Below are positions 28,128-39,257 of a stretch of DNA of 64,000 nucleotides, piece after piece (position 1 is the stretch's first letter; each line of letters begins with the position of its first letter). The position numbers and the translations under genes are program-made. The notes under the pieces are model-generated. The model worked only from the letters and a program-made list of their open reading frames with translations. It was not told the DNA's origin and made no database searches. Where the stretch lies: positions 1 to 64,000 of IMG/VR virus record IMGVR_UViG_3300032282_005530. The stretch is one strand, 5' to 3'. Source of the stretch: a virus.

Positions 28128-31100
28128 TTATTCAATAGTATATTTTTTATATCCATCTAAATCAAGACATAATTGTTTTAATTGATTTTTTATTTCTTGA
28201 TTAATTTGTGTATTTTCATCGGCATATACATCATAACCTAATAAAAGTATCTCGGCGCCAAGCAATATTAAACCCGGTATTGTAATCGGAGGCCCATATC
28301 CAAATCCTGCTGGTGGTATACCAAATATATTTACTGGCAACTGTGCTAAGGAATATGGCAACAATGTATTAAATGGGAACATCAATTCTGATGGCGTAGA
28401 TGAACCTGGAGATGAGTTTCCTTGAGAAGCAAAACTTGTAGCAATTTTTACAGCATTCCTTATCAGCATAGAAGTACTTATATTTGGATCTGTCAAAGAA
28501 CAATAATATTGTAAAACATGTACTGCTGCTTTTGCTGCTACTTTAGTTGCTATGGCGGCATTTGCTTGATCGAAAGCAAAAGTACTTTTCCATACCTCAC
28601 TTAATTCGTCCCAATCAATTTCGTTATTAAGTGAAATCATTTGTGTATTAATATCATTTAATATTGCAGTTTTTGTTTCGTCAAATGGCTGTTTTATTTG
28701 CATATTACCAAGTGTATAGACACTTGAAAATATTAATATATTTGATAATAAATTATTTATTTTATAAATGTTATAAATATTTGTATATTCTGGATCACAT
28801 AAAAAATCTTGTTTTATTTGTTCTGTCAAAGTTGTTAAAGTTGTCGACAAACTATTATTTTCTCCAATTTCTAAACAATTTAATAAATCTTGTGATGTCG
28901 AAATATTTTCAAATTCATTAATTAATCTAGCCTTTTCTAGAAATGGCAATACAGTTATAATACCCATTTTATCTTTTTCAGTTTGTCCTGAAGAATTAAT
29001 TTTAGATGGAATAAAATATGGAATAGCAAAACTTGAATAAAATTCATTCGCAGTAATATATTCTGTTGATCCTGGTGCTGTAAGAACTTTAATCCTATAA
29101 TTATTACTTCCTAACCATACTTTATATTTTTCTCTTGCCGTTAATTCAGCAACTCCTCTTTGGAGTATCGAACGATTATCGCCAGAAACAGGTTCAGGAA
29201 TTTCTAAAATACTTTGCGAGTTTGGTTGAGGATCTTTTATAAAAGTTAATCTTACTCCATATTTTACTCCTTCATCAAATAATTCATTTAAGATATTTGT
29301 AACAGAATTTGTTTGAGATAATAAATTATGAATATATCTAACAAAACCGTACATTTTTTTTATACTAACATAACCATAACATTTAAAATTATTTTGATAT
29401 TCTTTTATTAAATTTAAATTATTAGAATTTATTATTGAAGATGAGATTTTTACAAAAGGAACATAAATATATCTTTCGGCTATAAAAGAAAATGAATCTG
29501 TAAATTTACTATTTTGTTTTTGTAAATATAAATCTATATTATTACGATTATCATCTAAATCAACATTTTTTATATCATGTAGGTCAAATAATTTTTTAGT
29601 AAATAAATTATTAATTATAAAATTATCCAAGAATTGCTGTTCGTTTATATTTTCTTGACATGATTCACCAAGTTCTTCTATTACTCTTTGATTTGTTGAA
29701 GTTATATAAGAAAGTTTATTAAAAATTATATTAAGTTCATTAAAAGCAAGATTTCTGAGATGTAATTTAAAAATTTCTATTTCATTTTTTTCTATTTCAT
29801 TTTCAAGACATTGTATTGTAAAATCTAGCTTTTCTTCATATTCAGGCGTCATTGGCACATCATTTTCAATTTTATTTTTATATTTTATAAGAATAAATCT
29901 ATCTGATGATAAAAGTTTATTAGTATCTTTTAAAAATTTTAATCTTTCAAATAATTCTGGTCTTTCATTATTATCGATAAATTGTTTAAAGTAGTAATCA
30001 TGAATATAGCCAACGTGTTGTTTTATTAAAAGCAAATAAGCATTTCTATTGTTTTTTAAACCACTAGAAAAAGAAATAATTTTATTATATACATGTTCTG
30101 AAACATAAGATGCAAACATTAAATCTTGTATTATTTCTTTTTTAAATTTAAAAGTTCTTAAAACATTAATACTTCTTAAGCAAAATTCAGAACAAGCAGT
30201 TCTCATTAATCCTATTATTAAGCCATCTATTATTGATAATATTAGACTATTATCCGAATCTGATGCTAGTTGTTGTATACTTTGTACACTTAAAGCATCT
30301 CTTTCTCTTTGAGAAGAAATTTGTAAAATTAATTTGGCTAATTCTTCTCTACCATATAAATTTGGATCTAAATTCAACTGTTTTTGTTCTTCTGTTGGAA
30401 CAGGACAAAAATTTATATATTTCATAGCATTATCGATAAATGCTGTATCTTTTAAAAGCGGTGGATTAACTGAACCTTCATTATTTAAATTAGGAAAAAT
30501 AGAAGATAATGTTCTTTTAAATTCACTATCGGGTGGAGGTGCGGGAATTTCTTTTAATAAACTATCATTCATTATTTCATCAGTTATAATACCAAAGGAA
30601 GCCTTTAAAAATGAAGCATATCCATCTTGTACGTATAAATCGATAGTATTTAATATATTTTCAGTCTGAGAATCTACCGCTAAAAATATTGAATTTTTTA
30701 ATATTTGTGAATATTGTGTTTTATAAGTTAAGTAATTACGATTAGAAGTTTGTGAACCGGTTGGTACTTCGTATGAAAATACTACAGTATTTGGTCTTTC
30801 TAGATTATTTTCATATATTTTGTATATATTTTTTTCATTTGTTTGAACATTTTCTATTTTCCAACTTCTATTCAAATTAGATAGAAATGCTTCATATATT
30901 TTTTTAGATTCTTCAGAAGTATAAATATATTGACCCTCTACATTGATTGATAAAGCATCTTGTTCTTGTGAATAGTTAAATTTAATATTATCATCTATAT
31001 CACCGAATCCTTGTTTAAATATTCCACTTCCCACATATCTATGAGTATTATCAAATATATATCTGCCGCCGGCGGGAAATTCATCATCAGATGGATATAT

Positions 31101-34100
31101 TCCACTAGGTGTTTCATTATCCGATTCTGGTGCATTAAATCCACCTTTATTTAATAAATCTTTAAATTCTTGATTTTCTATCTTTTGTGTTTCTCCTTCA
31201 CTATTATTTGTGACATTAAACTCATATACTTTTCTTTGAATTTTTTTCTTTAATACAGTATTATTGTAAAAATTATTTGTAGAATTTCTAAATTTATTAT
31301 ATGTTGATTTTAAATTGTTTCTTATCAATCTTCTACTAGATTCATCAACAATTTTTATAGATTTACCGTCTGGTAATAGGCCTATTAATATTGGTTTATA
31401 TACTTTATCTTGAATTTCTTTTTGAACTTTATCTGGACTAATTCTAAAAAGACTATCGATAAGATCTGCATAATTATTGTTTGAACGATTGTTTAATTGT
31501 TCAATTTGTGACGGTGTAATTTGTATTGAAGGTTGCTGTGTGCGATCTGTTTGTGGCTGTTGATTCTGATTTATTTGCTCTTGTGTATCTAGAGAATTTT
31601 GTGAATTATCTCTACGAGGTATACAAAAAATGCCATTTTTTTGCTCTTCAGATGAAACTCTGGAGGAATATGCTGATGCGGCTGCAATTATTTCTTCTCT
31701 AGATTGTGAAATACCGGTAAGAGAACCAAGAGCAGAAAAAATACTTCTAACAGTTGCAGGTGCAGATATTGAAGTTAATACCGGATCGTACTCATTCATC
31801 GAACGAGATATTAGTACTATATCTTGATCTGGTGCTCTGCCAGCCAAAACATTAAGAAAATTAGAGGGCTCCATAGAATTAGAAACCAGCTTTAAGAAAC
31901 TTGTAAATTTTACATATATTTCTTGTTCAGAAATAACTGCTTGGCTATTTTGATCTTGATTATTAGCAAGTAATTTATTTACTGTTGTATTTTTGGCTTT
32001 TATTTCTACACCACCAACAACTGGATAATTCCACGATGCTGTTAGATTTGTTTGTTCTGTTACGATTATCGATGATGTTAAATGAGAATTTAAAATATCA
32101 GTTATTTGCTCTACATAATTTGTTGGATTAATATCTGGGTTATTTTGTAAAAATCCGTCTAAATCAAACTGCCCATTTTTAATCTGTGTTATTAAGCTTT
32201 GCGATTCGGCGCCCAAAACAGAAGCAGCGATTTCATTCGTAGCTAAATCAAATATAGACTTCCAACCATTGCATGTTGTTAATAGGTCAACTATTTTTAA
32301 AAATATTGATATGATTAAATCGTAAAATAATTTAATTATTGTAAAATCAATAGATACTTTTATATCATTGTATATATCTATTTCTGGCAATGAAGGCCAT
32401 CTAAATGAGCCAAAAATAAAACTTAAATCAAATATATCAAATAATTTTACTAAATCACATAATATATCTGTATTTATACCATACTCTGTTTCTAGTTTGT
32501 CTAACATTCCATCTATTAATTCAGAGTCAAAAAGTCGTTTCTCTTCATCTGTTAATGTTAGTTCTTGATTCAGTTTTAAATCTCTATATTCTTGTAATTT
32601 TGTTTCAAGTTTTACTTCCATAATTCTAGTATATGGATCTTCAGATAAATTACCTAATATTCTATCGGCTTCTGTTAAAGCAAATCCAGGCTCAACTCTT
32701 AAATCTAATTGTTGAAAAATAATAGTTCTTCTTCTATTTTCAGCAATATTTTGTTCTAATTGTGCTATTTCTTCCAGTAATATTGCCTCTCTTTGATCTC
32801 TGGCCTTCTCTATTTTTACTCTATTAATTGATTGAAGAATAGTAGGATATACGCTTTGAGGAAATGCTTTTTTAACTATTTCTTCAAGTTGAGAAAATCT
32901 GAAACTTTTTAAAACATCTCTGCAAGATGAAGTTTGTGGAAGAAAACATTTTTGTACTTCTTTTAAAAGACATGCAATATTTAATCTAGCCGTGACAATG
33001 TCTTTAAATCTGTCAATTAAATATTTGTCTGTTATAGATAAAAATTTATCTCCTAACTCTTTTATTATAGATGGATCTCCTATAAAAGATAATGTATTTT
33101 GAGGAAGATTTGCAAAACCATTTCTTTTTATAATATTTTTAAAAAACTTATTAGCATTTTGATCTCGCGCTATTTTAGCAGCCGGCGTTTGATCTGCAGA
33201 TGAATAATAATATCGAGTATGTTTTCTTATCAGTTCTTCTGCTTTTGATAAACTTATTTTATTTTCACTTAAAGTTTCTTTAAAAAATGCAGATGGACCT
33301 TGTAAAATATTTGGTATAAAATATAAATCTGGAAATGTATAATAATCAAATGCACCGGACTCTACTTTGATTAACCATTTAGAAACGGCATCTCCTCCAA
33401 AAGCAATTTCTTGTCTAAGTAATTTATGTCTTGATTTGGTTACAATATCATTGTCAAGATACTCTTCATAAGGTATTGATGCTTCTGGATTACTTAAATC
33501 GGATGGCGGGCAAAAGGTCCAATCAATTTCTTGTATATTAAAATCAATATAATCAATATCAGATAATATAGAAAGTATTGTTGGTTCAAAGAATTCTGTT
33601 AGAGGAGCTGAAGGATTTATTGCAAAATCTTCTGGTGATATTATAGCAACGAATTTTTGTTTTCTTTCTGGTGCTGTGCTTTGAAATGGATCGCTAAATG
33701 TTTTGATTCTAGTTGAAGAACCAAATTCAACTTTAAGTGGTGATGTATTCTCAATCTTTTTTTGTATTATTACTTGTGGTTCTTCTTTATAAAATGTTAA
33801 TTTAAAATAAAGTTGTTCTTTTCTTATTCTTTGCGAATCGTATTCTGCATTACTAACAATCTGATCTGAGTTTAAATCAAGTATTTGTTGACCAATAAAT
33901 GTTTGATCATAAAAATTATAACCAACATATTGTGATTTAAATTCATCTAAATTAGCGGTTTTTGCTAAAGCATTTTCAGCTAATTGTGCAAGTTTTTTTC
34001 TTATAATATTATCAATTACTTTTATTCTTGCTTTATTAAGTTTACTTTCCTCCATGTTTCTTTGCGCATTTGAACTATCTTCAAACTGGCTCAAAAATGA

Positions 34101-34865
34101 ATGCGTTTCTGGTTCTACTTCTCTTAAAGAATTAAAGAATATTTCGTTTTCTTTAAAAATAAGTGAAGAATTATTAGCAAAATTATCAAGATTGTTTAAA
34201 TCATCTATTTCGAATAATTCAGATAATGGCATTTCTAAATTAGAAAATTCATTTATTATTCTAGTATAATAAACACTAGGTTTTTCGGTCCAGCCAAATT
34301 CAGGTATATATTGAGAAGTAATACTGTTTAGTTTACTTAATAAAAAAGTATATTTATCAGCGTCTAAAGAAATATTTAAATTTTGATTATAATTCTCAAA
34401 ATCTATTGGAGATAAAATATCTACTTTTAATTTTATATAAGGTTTAACATTTAAAAATTGTAATATTGCATTATCAGGATTTGTATTCGCAGCAGCAAAT
34501 ACATCAAACTCTGAGCCGAAATCATCTATTGGTAATATAGCATCTGGTAATATATCAGTTCCAACATAGCCACTTTCCTGAAGAGATTGTCGAGTACTAA
34601 CATATCTTGCTGAATACAGTTCATTAACTAATTTAACTAAACTTTCTTTATATTTTTTATTTTGAAAACTTTCTCTTAAATTTTTATAAGTTACATTTTG
34701 ATTAACAAATGTCAGTCCTGGTTTTTCTGGATTGACTGGGTTATTATTGTTTAAATCGATTTCGGAGTTTTGAAGAAATTTTATTAATTTTTCTATCTTT
34801 TTATCAATAGTTGATAAATCGATAGTAAAAGAAGTTGGTACAACATTTTTAAGTATTAAAGGCAT
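28128..34865 (-). CDS. Giant hypothetical protein (2245 aa), probably virion
   Basis: 6.7-kb ORF between spike-like and gp25-like genes; no motif recognised. Confidence 0.75.
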   Translation of the reverse strand: MPLILKNVVPTSFTIDLSTIDKKIEKLIKFLQNSEIDLNNNNPVNPEKPGLTFVNQNVTYKNLRESFQNKKYKESLVKLVNELYSARYVSTRQSLQESGYVGTDILPDAILPIDDFGSEFDVFAAANTNPDNAILQFLNVKPYIKLKVDILSPIDFENYNQNLNISLDADKYTFLLSKLNSITSQYIPEFGWTEKPSVYYTRIINEFSNLEMPLSELFEIDDLNNLDNFANNSSLIFKENEIFFNSLREVEPETHSFLSQFEDSSNAQRNMEESKLNKARIKVIDNIIRKKLAQLAENALAKTANLDEFKSQYVGYNFYDQTFIGQQILDLNSDQIVSNAEYDSQRIRKEQLYFKLTFYKEEPQVIIQKKIENTSPLKVEFGSSTRIKTFSDPFQSTAPERKQKFVAIISPEDFAINPSAPLTEFFEPTILSILSDIDYIDFNIQEIDWTFCPPSDLSNPEASIPYEEYLDNDIVTKSRHKLLRQEIAFGGDAVSKWLIKVESGAFDYYTFPDLYFIPNILQGPSAFFKETLSENKISLSKAEELIRKHTRYYYSSADQTPAAKIARDQNANKFFKNIIKRNGFANLPQNTLSFIGDPSIIKELGDKFLSITDKYLIDRFKDIVTARLNIACLLKEVQKCFLPQTSSCRDVLKSFRFSQLEEIVKKAFPQSVYPTILQSINRVKIEKARDQREAILLEEIAQLEQNIAENRRRTIIFQQLDLRVEPGFALTEADRILGNLSEDPYTRIMEVKLETKLQEYRDLKLNQELTLTDEEKRLFDSELIDGMLDKLETEYGINTDILCDLVKLFDIFDLSFIFGSFRWPSLPEIDIYNDIKVSIDFTIIKLFYDLIISIFLKIVDLLTTCNGWKSIFDLATNEIAASVLGAESQSLITQIKNGQFDLDGFLQNNPDINPTNYVEQITDILNSHLTSSIIVTEQTNLTASWNYPVVGGVEIKAKNTTVNKLLANNQDQNSQAVISEQEIYVKFTSFLKLVSNSMEPSNFLNVLAGRAPDQDIVLISRSMNEYDPVLTSISAPATVRSIFSALGSLTGISQSREEIIAAASAYSSRVSSEEQKNGIFCIPRRDNSQNSLDTQEQINQNQQPQTDRTQQPSIQITPSQIEQLNNRSNNNYADLIDSLFRISPDKVQKEIQDKVYKPILIGLLPDGKSIKIVDESSRRLIRNNLKSTYNKFRNSTNNFYNNTVLKKKIQRKVYEFNVTNNSEGETQKIENQEFKDLLNKGGFNAPESDNETPSGIYPSDDEFPAGGRYIFDNTHRYVGSGIFKQGFGDIDDNIKFNYSQEQDALSINVEGQYIYTSEESKKIYEAFLSNLNRSWKIENVQTNEKNIYKIYENNLERPNTVVFSYEVPTGSQTSNRNYLTYKTQYSQILKNSIFLAVDSQTENILNTIDLYVQDGYASFLKASFGIITDEIMNDSLLKEIPAPPPDSEFKRTLSSIFPNLNNEGSVNPPLLKDTAFIDNAMKYINFCPVPTEEQKQLNLDPNLYGREELAKLILQISSQRERDALSVQSIQQLASDSDNSLILSIIDGLIIGLMRTACSEFCLRSINVLRTFKFKKEIIQDLMFASYVSEHVYNKIISFSSGLKNNRNAYLLLIKQHVGYIHDYYFKQFIDNNERPELFERLKFLKDTNKLLSSDRFILIKYKNKIENDVPMTPEYEEKLDFTIQCLENEIEKNEIEIFKLHLRNLAFNELNIIFNKLSYITSTNQRVIEELGESCQENINEQQFLDNFIINNLFTKKLFDLHDIKNVDLDDNRNNIDLYLQKQNSKFTDSFSFIAERYIYVPFVKISSSIINSNNLNLIKEYQNNFKCYGYVSIKKMYGFVRYIHNLLSQTNSVTNILNELFDEGVKYGVRLTFIKDPQPNSQSILEIPEPVSGDNRSILQRGVAELTAREKYKVWLGSNNYRIKVLTAPGSTEYITANEFYSSFAIPYFIPSKINSSGQTEKDKMGIITVLPFLEKARLINEFENISTSQDLLNCLEIGENNSLSTTLTTLTEQIKQDFLCDPEYTNIYNIYKINNLLSNILIFSSVYTLGNMQIKQPFDETKTAILNDINTQMISLNNEIDWDELSEVWKSTFAFDQANAAIATKVAAKAAVHVLQYYCSLTDPNISTSMLIRNAVKIATSFASQGNSSPGSSTPSELMFPFNTLLPYSLAQLPVNIFGIPPAGFGYGPPITIPGLILLGAEILLLGYDVYADENTQINQEIKNQLKQLCLDLDGYKKYTIE

Positions 34866-35773
34866 TAGTTTGTCCTATTATAACGACTATTTATATAGTT
34901 TAAGCCAGAAGTATTAAGATAATTTCTTCTCATAATATCTATTCTTGGAATGGCTACTTTTGTGCTTTTTAAAACAGTGTGTTGATGAATAACAGAATTT
35001 TGAGATTTTACAGTATTATTTAAATTAATATCTAGTTCTTTTATTAATGATTGTGCAGTAAAATCTGATAAATGTGTGTGCTCCATTATTGCATCATTAA
35101 TTTTCATTTGTGCATCAAAAGAACTATATAATTTTTTATATAAACTTTCAATTTCTAATAAAATATCTTTTAGTAATAATACTAAATTATCGCCTTTTAC
35201 CATTGCTTGAGTTGTATTTTCAGCATCACCAGCAATTAAATAAATTCCTCTTATTGGTTTTGGAGTATGTGATGGATCTTCCTGTCTACCGGTTATTAGT
35301 TCTGCTGGTTGTTGATCTACGCCAGTTACAAGCTTTATTGCTCCTCGTGAAAAAAATCTTAATTCATCTGCTTTTAAAATTATAGCAGACTGATTTACAG
35401 ATTGTGAATCATAAAAATATCCTTTTGAACCCCAATATTTATCAGAATTTGTTTTCTCTATTATTGAAATAACTGCAGAGTCATAATAAAAATTTGGACT
35501 CAAATTCGAACAAGAAGTATATGGAACAGGCTGATCTTTGATTGCCGTTCCTAATCCAGCACATAAAGTTATGGTAGATGAATCAATTTTTTTATCTGCT
35601 ATGTTGGCTGTAACCGGACCAAGTATTATGTGAGTATTTGCTTCTGAGGTTATGTGGTTTTCTCCGCTCTGTTTAACATATTTTACAGAGCCAGGAACCC
35701 TTACTTCCAATCCTTCAGAGATCGTACTTGCTTTTTTTAGCATTTCTTCATACTGTGCTGTAAAAGATGACAT
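34865..35773 (-). CDS. Baseplate central spike-like protein (302 aa)
   Basis: AIILKADELR...VKGDNLVLLL...EHTH (HxH metal motif found at spike tips); position in baseplate block. Confidence 0.55.
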   Translation of the reverse strand: MSSFTAQYEEMLKKASTISEGLEVRVPGSVKYVKQSGENHITSEANTHIILGPVTANIADKKIDSSTITLCAGLGTAIKDQPVPYTSCSNLSPNFYYDSAVISIIEKTNSDKYWGSKGYFYDSQSVNQSAIILKADELRFFSRGAIKLVTGVDQQPAELITGRQEDPSHTPKPIRGIYLIAGDAENTTQAMVKGDNLVLLLKDILLEIESLYKKLYSSFDAQMKINDAIMEHTHLSDFTAQSLIKELDINLNNTVKSQNSVIHQHTVLKSTKVAIPRIDIMRRNYLNTSGLNYINSRYNRTN

Positions 35774-35774
35774 A

Positions 35775-37103
35775 TTATATACTCAATTTAAATGCATTTA
35801 TTATTTTATAAGTAGCATTGTATAATTTTGAGCCTCGTTTAGAAGGTATAAAAGAAAACAAATTTTCTCTTCTAAAAATAAATGAACTTCCAAACATAGG
35901 ATCATTACATATATAATTACCTTCTGGATCTTTTTTATATGCCATTATATAATGATCTCCTATTCCATCTTGTCCAAGATTAGTTTCACTTCCAATTTTG
36001 TAATCAACATGTAAAATGGCTACTGAATTACTATCAATGGTTTCATCGATAAATTTTTTTAAACTTTCTAAATCAGTAGAGGGGGCGCTTGAAACATATC
36101 TTATATTTAAAGAATTAGCAAGTTGCGTGCGATCAATTACAGCGCCAACAGAATTAAATATTTTAAAATTATAATTTTCTAATTTTTTTTGTGTTTCATA
36201 TTTTTTAATTATTTCATATGATTCCTTCGGATTTATAGTTTCTCTTTTTAAAAGCCAATTTCTAGACATAGTATAACAAGTAACAAGACAACCAATACTG
36301 CTGAAGCTTTTACTTGTATCGCCACCAAGTTTTAAGGTTCTCCAACCTTCTTCTGCTTGCCAATAAGCAGGTGTAGGTGGAGAATTTATGATTGTAACAT
36401 CACAATTTTCTCTTTTTTCACAATTATCGATATTTTGTTTTGGTTTTGCTATTTCTTCATCTTGTTTATTAACTATATTTTCTTCTATCTGTGAAACGTT
36501 CAATTCAGAAATAAAACTTCTTTCTTCTTCTGTTAATTGAGTAAAAGTATTATTTTCTTTACTTATAATTTCATAAAAACCCTTTATTCGCTCTCCGCTT
36601 TCTTCTGTTGCATTAAAATAATGTATCTTTACTCTCTCTCCTTCTAAAGGTCTCTTTTGAGAAGGATCTAAAGGAGCAAACAAATCATGCTCTGATACTG
36701 AATTCATGAATTCGAATTTTAAATTTTCCCTTTCTTGTTTTGTTAATCTTGGAGTTATTTTATCTAAAATATTTTGTGGATTAGTTTTAGAAGACTTATC
36801 AAGTTCTGTTCTAGCATAAACACAGAAGCCCTCTAAATATCCTGGTGATTGTTGTTCACCCATTTGTTGGTTTAAATGATGTGATAATAATTTATATTTT
36901 ATTTGAGTAACCGGAGATAATACTACTACTCCAACAAATGTTGATGGAAGAGGTGTTTTATCTTGCTCTTCAATAGTCTTTTGAAAATTATAAAATCCGC
37001 TTCTTGGCTGTTCTACTCTACTATCTGCTTTTCTCTTTCTATACCATGTAGATGTATCATGTGGTATACTAAGGCCTTTTTTTCTATAAATATTTTCAGC
37101 CAT
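35775..37103 (-). CDS. Baseplate-associated protein with C39-like cysteine peptidase domain (442 aa)
   Basis: YWQ...W...IGCLVTCYTM...DHYIMAY...NDPM (Cys-His-Asp). Confidence 0.65.
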   Translation of the reverse strand: MAENIYRKKGLSIPHDTSTWYRKRKADSRVEQPRSGFYNFQKTIEEQDKTPLPSTFVGVVVLSPVTQIKYKLLSHHLNQQMGEQQSPGYLEGFCVYARTELDKSSKTNPQNILDKITPRLTKQERENLKFEFMNSVSEHDLFAPLDPSQKRPLEGERVKIHYFNATEESGERIKGFYEIISKENNTFTQLTEEERSFISELNVSQIEENIVNKQDEEIAKPKQNIDNCEKRENCDVTIINSPPTPAYWQAEEGWRTLKLGGDTSKSFSSIGCLVTCYTMSRNWLLKRETINPKESYEIIKKYETQKKLENYNFKIFNSVGAVIDRTQLANSLNIRYVSSAPSTDLESLKKFIDETIDSNSVAILHVDYKIGSETNLGQDGIGDHYIMAYKKDPEGNYICNDPMFGSSFIFRRENLFSFIPSKRGSKLYNATYKIINAFKLSI

Positions 37104-37108
37104 TTAGA

Positions 37109-37399
37109 TTATTCCTCTATCTCCTCTATTTCATTATAGAGTTTTTCTTTATCTTTATTATCTAAATCGCCATATTTATCTTCATCTGACTTTTTCATCA
37201 AACCAATTAATTTAACCAATTGTTCATTGGAACGCTGAAGTGTTTCCAGATATTTAGCAGCAACCATTCCAGTTGTAGCATACCTATCTTGTTGCTGTCC
37301 TATATATTGAGCAACATCTTCAAGTAATTCTTGTGCGGCTTCTCGATCTTTGTTTATATTTTCTATTGCTTGTAGGATTAATTCATCTTTAGATTTCAT
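37109..37399 (-). CDS. Hypothetical helical protein (96 aa)
   Basis: ORF co-oriented, tightly packed. Confidence 0.7.
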   Translation of the reverse strand: MKSKDELILQAIENINKDREAAQELLEDVAQYIGQQQDRYATTGMVAAKYLETLQRSNEQLVKLIGLMKKSDEDKYGDLDNKDKEKLYNEIEEIEE

Positions 37400-37418
37400 A
37401 TTAATAATTATGGTCTAA

Positions 37419-38150
37419 TTAAATTTCTCCATTATCCCAAGTTTTCTTAAAATCTTTATATTTTTGTCTTATTTTATTGAGATTGTTCACAACTTGTTTT
37501 GTGTTTAAGTCAGTAATCTCACGTACATATAAATATATGGCTTTTTTATTAAAAATCTCTATAGAATCAGGTTCTTTTAATAATATTATTATAGCATCCA
37601 GAACCTTTTTTTCATTTGCCTTTAAATCTAGTTTTTTCCAACCTTCTATCTCTAGCCATAAATGATTCCAAAATTCTTCATTTTCTCTTTTTATATCAGT
37701 ATCGTTATGTATAATTAAATTATCATAATCAACTTCTTTTTGATGCTCTGCATCATCCAGAAATAATTCTTTTTTATTTTGACGACTTACTTTTTTAACT
37801 TTATGAATAAACCAATTTTTTGTAATAACAGAAAAATAACTAAACGCTTTGGAACCCTTAGACGGATCGAATTTGTCTAATATTGTTGTGATCCAAATCT
37901 TACATTCTTCTTTTAAATCGTCGATATTTGGAAGATTGTTAAATTTATAGGTAAATACAATTTTATTTACCATTTCATTAAAAGCCGGTCCAATAAGACT
38001 TCTGTATAAATGTTGTCTTACTTTTGGATCTTTTGTGAGAGAATATTCAATTATAGCATCCTCATGATCCTGAGTAAAATACAGTTTTTCCTGTTGTTGA
38101 GGCGAATTTTTCTTTCTTCTCCTCGTTGTCTTCGGAGTCGTCTTCGTCAT
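37419..38150 (-). CDS. T4 gp55-like late-transcription sigma factor (243 aa)
   Basis: YFTQDHEDAIIEY...DDLKEEC...KFDPSKGSKAFSYFSVITKNWF resembles gp55/sigma region 2. Confidence 0.7.
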   Translation of the reverse strand: MTKTTPKTTRRRKKNSPQQQEKLYFTQDHEDAIIEYSLTKDPKVRQHLYRSLIGPAFNEMVNKIVFTYKFNNLPNIDDLKEECKIWITTILDKFDPSKGSKAFSYFSVITKNWFIHKVKKVSRQNKKELFLDDAEHQKEVDYDNLIIHNDTDIKRENEEFWNHLWLEIEGWKKLDLKANEKKVLDAIIILLKEPDSIEIFNKKAIYLYVREITDLNTKQVVNNLNKIRQKYKDFKKTWDNGEI

Positions 38151-38451
38151 CTGGTTCCTCTTCGATAATTTCTTCTTGGTCTTCCAATAATTCCATGACT
38201 TCTTTATATTTTGTCATGTAATTTCTTAAATCTCGTGAATGACGAATAAGATTTTTTAAAGTTTCATCGCCATAATACATTTCAAGTTCATAAATGAATT
38301 TAATATGTTGATCAAATTCACTTAATCTGCCATATAATTCAACTAGATTATTGGAAACAAAGTTAAGTCTAAATACCAATTTAAAACAAAACCATCCAAG
38401 AAGAGCGGTTGAAACGATAAATAAAATTAATAAGAATATTAGTATAGTCAT
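38062..38451 (-). CDS. Membrane-anchored hypothetical protein (129 aa)
   Basis: N-terminal hydrophobic helix, acidic tail; ATGA overlap upstream; overlaps sigma gene by 89 nt. Confidence 0.7.
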   Translation of the reverse strand: MTILIFLLILFIVSTALLGWFCFKLVFRLNFVSNNLVELYGRLSEFDQHIKFIYELEMYYGDETLKNLIRHSRDLRNYMTKYKEVMELLEDQEEIIEEEPDDEDDSEDNEEKKEKFASTTGKTVFYSGS

Positions 38452-38711
38452 TCAGGTTTATATTCTGTCTTGGTTAATTCTTTCTTTTCACGTTTTATTT
38501 CTTCACGGGCTTCTTCAATATAAGACTCAACTATAGAACCTACTTTTTGGGTAGATTGCTTTTTTATTGTACCACTGAAATATGGAAGTTTTAACAAAGT
38601 TTGTTCTTTACAAACTTCACATTCATTCTTTTTGTCTGTCATCGCATGATAATATTCAAAAGTATTATCACACTTTTCACAATGATATACGTATCTAGGC
38701 ATATCATTCAC
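38448..38711 (-). CDS. FmdB-like zinc ribbon protein
   Basis: MPRYVYHCEKCDNTFE...CEVC. Confidence 0.8.
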   Translation of the reverse strand: MNDMPRYVYHCEKCDNTFEYYHAMTDKKNECEVCKEQTLLKLPYFSGTIKKQSTQKVGSIVESYIEEAREEIKREKKELTKTEYKPE

Positions 38712-38922
38712 TTACAAATTGAGGTACTTCTTCTTCGTCTTCTGGTAATTTTGCTCTCACTGATGGTGGATTTGAAACAACTAATTCTCCATCTGGTCCA
38801 GTAAATAGTTCAAAACCTTTTAACACTGGAACAATGTCAGTCTGAGTTAGTAGGCTATTCTGTAAAGCCATCATTACTGCTCCGAGAGCTTGATTTGATA
38901 ATTTTAATTTTTCCATTTTCAT
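38704..38922 (-). CDS. Hypothetical protein (72 aa)
   Basis: ORF coupled to upstream cupin gene. Confidence 0.7.
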   Translation of the reverse strand: MKMEKLKLSNQALGAVMMALQNSLLTQTDIVPVLKGFELFTGPDGELVVSNPPSVRAKLPEDEEEVPQFVSE

Positions 38923-39257
38923 ACCCTTCCGTAAGAATCTTCGTATCTTACTATATCTTCTTCTGCAAATGAAGTGCCTGTTTGTACTTCTATTACTACG
39001 AGATCATCAGTTCCAACGTTTTCTAATCTGTGTTTTGTAGTTGCTGGAATAAAATATATCATTCCTGCTTGTGTTGGTGAAATTTCATCATCAAGAGTTA
39101 TTTCACCATTTCCACTTATAACACACCACAACTCATTTCTATTTTGATGAGATTGTAGACTAAACTTTTGTCCTGGCTTTACAACTAGTTTTTTTACTTT
39201 ACATTTTTCTTCTTCGTGGAGAATTTGAAACGTTCCCCAAGGTCTTGTTTCTGTCAT
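38919..39257 (-). CDS. Phosphomannose isomerase type II C-terminal cupin domain
   Basis: RPWGTF...VKPGQKFSLQSH..RNELW...HRLEN...EVQTG...EEDIVRYEDSYGR. Confidence 0.9.
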   Translation of the reverse strand: MTETRPWGTFQILHEEEKCKVKKLVVKPGQKFSLQSHQNRNELWCVISGNGEITLDDEISPTQAGMIYFIPATTKHRLENVGTDDLVVIEVQTGTSFAEEDIVRYEDSYGRV

